DNA of 64,000 nucleotides. Origin: Eledone cirrhosa. Lineage: Eukaryota. A program made the position numbers and the translations under genes. Below, in pieces: positions 57,379-64,000 of the stretch. How positions within the stretch are numbered: the stretch's first letter is position 1; every line of letters starts with the position of its first letter. The stretch spans positions 407,526,001-407,590,000 of the forward strand of contig OZ024741.1 of NCBI GenBank assembly GCA_964016885.1. The letters run 5' to 3'. The notes under the pieces are model-generated. The model was given only the letters and a program-made list of their open reading frames with translations, did no database searches and was not told the DNA's origin.

Positions 57379-58573
57379 ACTACTACATCACAAAGAGGCG
57401 GATTTCTACGATTAAAATCAACAATAGCCTCCACATTTTCGGCCATTATGAAGAAATTCTCCGGAGGTTATCTAACCTTTTAATGTCCACACCCGCCAAA
57501 ACCGGCCAGAATTCTGTACATCTTTCTATTGAAACCAGCTGTAACTGGTCGCTCAAACTGATGTTAAGGTATTGTTCTCAAAATAAATACTTTCAAAATC
57601 TCATAGATTCGATATTATGTGAGATAATTCGAGGTAAAGCCTTTACCATGAAAATATAATACTATATATAGAGTAATGTGAATGCTAAAGTGCTAAACAT
57701 ACAATTTCTATCATAGTTAAAAAATATAGCTCAATATGAGTTGCGTAAATTTCAGAGATAACGTATAAATATCAGGAAATATCCCAGTCTGATATTCTCA
57801 ACGGCTACTCTGATACTTGCGACATGATCATATTCATAGCGAGACTCTTGCATGTCAATCTTAACTATAATAAAGTAAGGAGTGCTGCACTGCGTCCAGA
57901 ATATATTTTTTTATCCCGTTTGGAAAATAAGTTGGATTACTTTGAATAAATAATGAATGAATATTACATAATTTATCTACTAAATTTCGTAACTCTTGAT
58001 TAAATATATTTTATTGCTTATTTAAAGATTCACTTCTTTAAAATTTTCAAATGTCAACACTTCCGGTTAGCGATCGCTTAAATAAACACTCATATTTTTC
58101 CGTCACTAATTTTCTCCTAATGCAGTTTATATATAATATCGTCTTTTTTTTAATGTATCATGGATTACGTTACTGATTACATAAGACAGTGTAACGCAGT
58201 CTTCGTTCAATTTCTGTGTATATTGTCAATTACGATTTTATTTGATGTATCATATCTACATGTATATATACTTGCATATAATATCAATATACACACTACA
58301 CATGCTAGCAGAAGAACCACCTGAAGCGTGGTTTTTCTGCTAGTATATGTTAATATATTATACAGGTCTTCATATACACTTGTACTAAAAATACATATAT
58401 GAGGAAGCTGGAAGCTTCATCGAATAATTTTTACAATGGAAAAATAGTCTAAATTACTGGACACACCCATTTTATTCCATGAGGAGGAGGGGGGTCTTAT
58501 ATGTCCTATATTTTAGAGAATATCTCTAGAGTCAAAAAGAATTCGATGGCGCTTCTAATTCTCTCATGAATTT

Positions 58574-58623
<50 letters not shown>

Positions 58624-58627
<4 letters not shown>

Positions 58628-58938
58628 AAGGTTAAACAAGGTTCAATGAATAACTCAAGGAATACAGTTTTACAATAGATTGAAGCACTCCACAGTTGTG
58701 GTTTTCCGGAGTTATCAATATTAATTCAAAATATTAACAAATATAGACATTTGTGTGATCAAGTATATTTTATTATACATACTTCAGAGGTACTGAGATA
58801 TCTTCAATAGACGTCCTCATCAGATAAAATAAGATGAGGCTTGACATACCTTGACTAAGTAGATGGTAAAAATTCAGTCATGGATAAAATATACTTGATC
58901 ACACGAATGTCTATATTTGTTAATATTTTGAATTAATA
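58624..58938 (-). mobile_element. Truncated PLE, family I, with hammerhead at 58767-58830
   Basis: Inverted arms and a tail on the left. The minus strand reads attttat-CTGATGA...GAAg-tatgta-TA-ataaaat. Confidence 0.8.
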
Positions 58939-58950
58939 TATATATATATT

Positions 58951-58982
<32 letters not shown>

Positions 58983-58994
58983 TATATATATATA

Positions 58995-59121
<127 letters not shown>

Positions 59122-59248
59122 TTATATATATATATATATGTATATATATATTTATATATATACATATATATATACATATATATATATAAATATATATATT
59201 TATATATATATATATTTATATATATATATTTATATATATATTTATATA

Positions 59249-59775
59249 TATACCTCTGGTTGGTGCGAGCAATAACAAATAAAGTTATTGGGACAAGTAA
59301 AATAGGGTGAAACGAGCGAGACATGTAAACAAACAACGATGGTATGGCAACGGAAAGATAGGAAGAGACAAGCACATGAAATCTGTAAGCTTAAGCTTGG
59401 TGAATTCATGGGCGAGAAATACAGACCAACCGACATGGGTGAGATGTGAGCGAAAAGGATTTACACAAGTCAAACGGGAGGAAGTGAGAGAAGGGAGAAG
59501 CAGAGAGTGAGTAAGTGGAAGTGTGAGGAAGATTTCATGTGCTTGTCTCTTCCTATCTTTCCGTTGCAATACCATCGTTGTTTGTTTACATGTCTCGCTC
59601 GTTTCACCCTATTTTACTTGTCCCAATAACTTTATTTGTTATTGCTCGCACCAACCAGAGGTATATGATCTTTAAAGCGATGAAATACCAATGAAAGTTG
59701 GAAGATCACTGATGAAGGACTGATTTTATTCATATGTAACCCATGTGCAACCACGCAGCGCTACATTTTTCTCAT
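59249..59775 (+). mobile_element. Family L element (inverted arm + direct copy) in (TA)n
   Basis: 59249-59384 is inverted at ~59530-59665. Diverged homolog of 61960-62196. Confidence 0.8.
59620..59720 (+). ncRNA. Candidate hammerhead with reversed strand order (pseudoknotted or trans-assembling)
   Basis: ggta-TA-tgatctt ... GAAA-tacc ... aagatca-CTGATGA. The helices covary with those at 62034-62134. Confidence 0.6.
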
Positions 59776-59799
59776 ATTTATATTTATATATATATATGT

Positions 59800-60035
59800 A
59801 AAAGTTCTATTTAAATTGTTGGGATACAACAAGCAAATATTTGTATAACTGATATAAAGCATTCAACAAATAACTGGAGTAAAAATACGATATTAACAAA
59901 TGGAAACTATATTTATAAAACCCTATTTATTTCATTATACATATTTCAAGGACACCAAGTTAAATTATGGTGTGCTTTCATCAGATAAAATATAATATAA
60001 ACAAGTTTTATAAATAAATATTGACATACCCTTAA
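59800..60035 (-). mobile_element. PLE family F pLTR and tail
   Basis: Homolog of 6970-7212 with an intact hammerhead. Confidence 0.8.
59929..59991 (-). ncRNA. Type I hammerhead ribozyme, intact core
   Basis: attttat-CTGATGA-aagcacacca/tggtgtcctt-GAAA-tatgta-TA-atgaaat. Confidence 0.85.
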
Positions 60036-60493
60036 AGAATGCAACCATTACTGTTGGAAGCTCCCGGGAGCTTCCAACAGTAATGGTTGCATTTTTAAGA
60101 GTGATTTTCTCAATGGCTTGGAATTTAGTCCACGCTTTGCTTTTTCCATCCACTGAATTATTTTTGTATAAGTTCCCTGTGTCCACGTATTGCCTGTAAA
60201 CTTAGCTGAGAATAGACTTCCCTGATGACGAAAGGCTTCTCTGTCCGCTTCTTCGGAAAGTATGTTTATTCCCTTTCAGAAACTAATTAGTTGGGAGTGA
60301 AATTTTAGTAAGTAAGTTAATTTTATAATTTTCTTATTTTACGTCTCTCATATTATTGTTCTGCAACCCCATGCATTGAACCACAGAGTTACTAAGACAA
60401 AACCTATATATTTGCTAGCACAAGTATGCATCTGTGTATATATATATGTTACTAGATATACTAATTATTTATATATTTATATATATATATATT

Positions 60494-60526
<33 letters not shown>

Positions 60527-60612
60527 ATATTTATATATATACACACATATATACATATATATATATATATATATACATATATATATTTATATACATATAT
60601 ATATTTATATAC

Positions 60613-60707
<95 letters not shown>

Positions 60708-61580
60708 TATATATATATATATATATACAATACCTAAACAGAGAAAGCCTTAAGCGATACTCTGACCAACTCCATCTCACTCAACAAACATTAGGATATA
60801 CCTAAGTATTATCCCAATTTAGTGTTTGGGGTGCTAACTAATCAGTATTTCGTGGATAGCTGGTTGTATTATTTTATATGAGACATTATTAAATAAATAT
60901 CTCTTTCCTTCCAGACGGCCGTTTCGTTATAAGATTTCTACAATTTGGGATAAATAATTTCCAGGTTATGTAGAAACTTGTATATAATCCATAGTTTTAT
61001 ACACAGGCGGGCTCTTATAAACTCATATACATAATATATATATATATATATATATATATAGGAACAAGTAAGACCCCGACGGCTGAGCTCAAGCCGTTTC
61101 GACGGCTAATTCTGGACTGAATTAAAATTTATTCTGGTATTTAAATAGCCGAGCTTATCAAGGGGTGATTCCATATATGGTCAAAGAGATAATCACCAGG
61201 ATTGGTCACATCACAAGTTAGTAGTAAATCTGTGATGGCAAATTGGTGGGGGAAGGGGTAGCTAAACCTGCCGGTAGGAGAAAAAGGAAGATGGGGCGGA
61301 GTAGACCCATTCATGCGTTGGTAGTGCCGGCTACAGCTGGGCGTGAGGTCAAAGAGGATACTGTTGAGGGCGAGGGAGAGGAAGTCGAAACGGCAGGTCG
61401 AACAATGAAGGGTAAAACTATAAAAAGTACTGAGACAGAAAAAAAAAATAAGCAAAGTCTGGTTACTAAGACTTAAGTCTCTCGCTATTGCTAGGCTAAA
61501 GAAATACATAAATAAATAAATAAAAAAATAAGTGAATAAAAGAATAGATAAATAAATTTTAAAAAAATATATATATATAT

Positions 61581-62190
61581 AATGCAATGAAATATCTATG
61601 ATCGTCGGCAAATCACTGATGAGGGACTTATTTTATTACATGTTAACCATGTGCAACCAGCAGTATTCTTCTCCCCATTTTTTCACATATATTTACCTAT
61701 ACTGCGATTCTGTTTTTTTCTCTCTCTCTCTTACTGCTCCCTCGCTCTCTCTGTTTCTCCTACTTTCTTTCGCCCCCTCTGTCATGTCAGTTAACTCTTC
61801 CTCACACTTCCACTCACTCACTCACTGTTTCTCCTCTTCTCACTTCACCCCGTGCGCGACGAAATCATTTTCTCTCTCTCACATTTGAATTCGCTGCTGA
61901 AAGGTCTTTTTTCTAAGCGCTCATATATTCACCTAGCTTATGCTAACAGAATAACTATGAAGCTTGTCTCCTTCTTTCTACGGTTAGCTATCCTTGTTGT
62001 TATCTTGTCTCACTCGCTTTACGCGTTTTAATTGTCCTAATAACTTAATTTAGTTATTATTGCACCGACGTGAGGTATATGATTTTTAATGCAATGAAAT
62101 ATCTATGATCGTCGGCAAATCACTAATGAGGGACTTATTTTATTACATGTTATCCATGTGCAACCAGCAGTATTCTTCTCCCCATTTTTT

Positions 62191-62196
<6 letters not shown>
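61581..62196 (+). mobile_element. Family L element with ~110-bp direct terminal repeats (507-bp period)
   Basis: 61581-61689 is repeated at 62088-62196. No ORF, (TA)n flanks. Confidence 0.75.
62034..62134 (+). ncRNA. Candidate reversed-order hammerhead, second copy
   Basis: ggta-TA-tgattt ... GAAA-tatc ... aaatca-CTaATGA. The upstream repeat has CTGATGA at 61616. Confidence 0.6.
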
Positions 62197-62222
<26 letters not shown>

Positions 62223-62674
62223 GAAGAATAAAAAAACAAATAATAATAATAAAAATAAACTATTTGTTTATTTATTTTTTTATTTATTTATTTGTTTATT
62301 TATTTGTTTATTTATTTGTTTATTTATTTATTTATGTATTTCTTTAGCTTAGCAATAGCGAGAGACTTAAGTCTTAGTAACCAGACTTTGTTATTTTTTT
62401 TTTCTCTCTCAGTACTTTTTATAGTTTTACCCTTCATTGTTCTACCTACCGTTTCGACTTCTCCCCCCCCCCCTCCCCAGTATCCTCTTTTACCTCACGC
62501 CCAGTTGTAGCCGGCACTACCAACGCATGAATGGGTCTACTCCACCCCATCTCCCTTTTTCTCCTACCGGCAGGTTTAGCTACCCCTTCCCCCACCAATT
62601 TGCCATCACAGATTTACTACTAACTTGTGATGTGACCAATCCTGGTGATTATCTCTTTGACCATATATGGAATC

Positions 62675-62768
62675 ACCCCTTGATAAGCTCGGCTATTTAA
62701 ATACCAGAATAAATTTTCATTCAGTCCAGAATTAGCCGTCGAAACGGCTTGAGCTCAGCCGTCGGGGT
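62675..62768 (+). ncRNA. Type I hammerhead with U3-A8 core (mirror copy at 61073-61166 on minus)
   Basis: acccc-TTGATAA-g..cggcta/tagccg.c-GAAA-cggct/agccg-TC-ggggt. Confidence 0.8.
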
Positions 62769-62880
62769 CTTACTTGTTCCTATTACCCACTCTACTACCC
62801 TAAGTACTTTGGTGCGTTATGGTCCACCTGGCTCCTTACCACATTTCCTTCGTTATATATATATATATATTATGTATATG

Positions 62881-62938
<58 letters not shown>

Positions 62939-62945
62939 GTATATG

Positions 62946-62981
<36 letters not shown>

Positions 62982-63300
62982 TTTTATATATAAATTATTT
63001 TTTTAAGCAGAGAGTACCTGGTTTAGGATTGCAGAAACCCCATATTGGATTTTACCACCGTTTCCGGTGGTCCGGGTATAATTTTCAATCATACTTTATT
63101 ATTTGTTTGACCCGAATAGCTTGTTCGCTTATATGGTTGTGCGGATAATGGTTTAACCATCGTCTCAGTATGTTTGGCCTTTTAACGTATGTTGTAGCTC
63201 TAGTTCACTAGTTTCTATGGATCGCTTGCCACACATCTCGGAAGTTGTTTTTCTCTAATTTCCAATAGCCGAAATGCGATTCTCGCTAATTTATATATAT

Positions 63301-63487
63301 TTATTAAAATAACAGATTAAAGTTTAAGCAAAGAATCTCTGCTTTCACCCTTAAGGAGATCTTCTAAAACTCAGGTGAAAGCAGCGATTCTATAAATATT
63401 TGCTCTACGGTTCTTATATATCTGATATATATTTAACCATATCGAGCCCTCTTTGGATTTTAGTGTTCAAATTTATTATTATTACTA
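63301..63487 (+). mobile_element. PLE family B short copy
   Basis: 63301-63371 matches 14838-14908 and ~63394-63487 matches 14749-14840 inverted. Confidence 0.8.
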
Positions 63488-63828
63488 TATATATATATAT
63501 TTATTTATACTTTTGGAGGGTCATGTTGCCAATAAGAAACACACGCACCAGTTGCTTTCACTCCAATTTATTATAAATTAAATTTATGAATTTAAGAATT
63601 TATAAATTTCCGGTTAGTTGGTTGGTTGGACCCTCCCAAAGTATAACAATATCGGTTTCAACACACGTTTTCAGAAAAAGAATCTTGCTAAACAAATTCA
63701 GAAACGAAATATATATATATATATACGATTTTTTCCACCTCCCACATATTCAATACGGTTTCATTCAACATTTCGCCAATTGCTACACCTTACGACCGAT
63801 TTTCAAGAAACTCGCAGTCGCTAAGATC

Positions 63829-63891
63829 AACACCTTTTCATCAAAACAGATATTATTTACACACCCAGGCAACGCTGGGTACTGCTTCTAG

Positions 63892-63937
<46 letters not shown>

Positions 63938-64000
63938 CTAGAAGCAGTACCCAGCGTTGCCTGGGTGTGTAAATAATATCTGTTTTGATGAAAAGGTGTT
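63829..64000. mobile_element. Two Helitron-type 3' ends tail-to-tail around (TA)n
   Basis: Hairpin cccaggcaacgctggg followed 8 nt later by CTAG (63888-63891). An exact inverted copy runs from 63938 to the window end. Confidence 0.65.

Larger units (their letters stand above)
61061..62855 (+). mobile_element. PLE family M with ~470-bp inverted arms and a nested family L unit
   Basis: 61061-61525 is inverted at ~62320-62780, and the tail is 62781-62855. Confidence 0.85.

Noticed and set aside
57339-57659. 106-aa ORF after the satellite
   Set aside because: It starts inside the satellite and has no recognisable domain.
60218-60275. CTGATGA...GAAA hammerhead-like core
   Set aside because: No complementary stem I found.

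Overview
AT-rich, repeat-saturated eukaryotic DNA, most likely from a cephalopod (Octopus-like). This is inferred from the (TA)n/(CA)n load and the SINE and RTE types. No intact host gene is recognisable, and most ORFs in the track are microsatellite artefacts. The dominant content is about 25 insertions of Penelope-like retroelements (PLEs) from roughly 12 unrelated families, almost all sitting in (TA)n tracts. One of them has an uninterrupted RT plus GIY-YIG ORF (15837-17759, minus strand). Most are short 5'-truncated copies built as inverted pLTR + direct pLTR + unpaired 3' tail and carry hammerhead ribozyme (HHR) motifs. The window also holds a near-complete RTE LINE with three C-terminal C2H2 fingers, R4/Dong-like, CRE-like and L1/Tx1-like fragments, tRNA-derived SINEs, a mariner-type MITE, Helitron ends and several satellites. 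Three observations stand out. (1) A hammerhead whose three core strands occur in the reverse, non-circularly-permuted order, supported by covarying helices in two diverged copies (59620-59720 and 62034-62134), one of them in a 507-bp direct-repeat unit. (2) A covarying RCTC...GAGY-RCT hairpin shared by the 3' tails of many otherwise unrelated PLE families. (3) Natural U3-A8 and U4A HHR core variants. All structures were read by eye and no computation was run.
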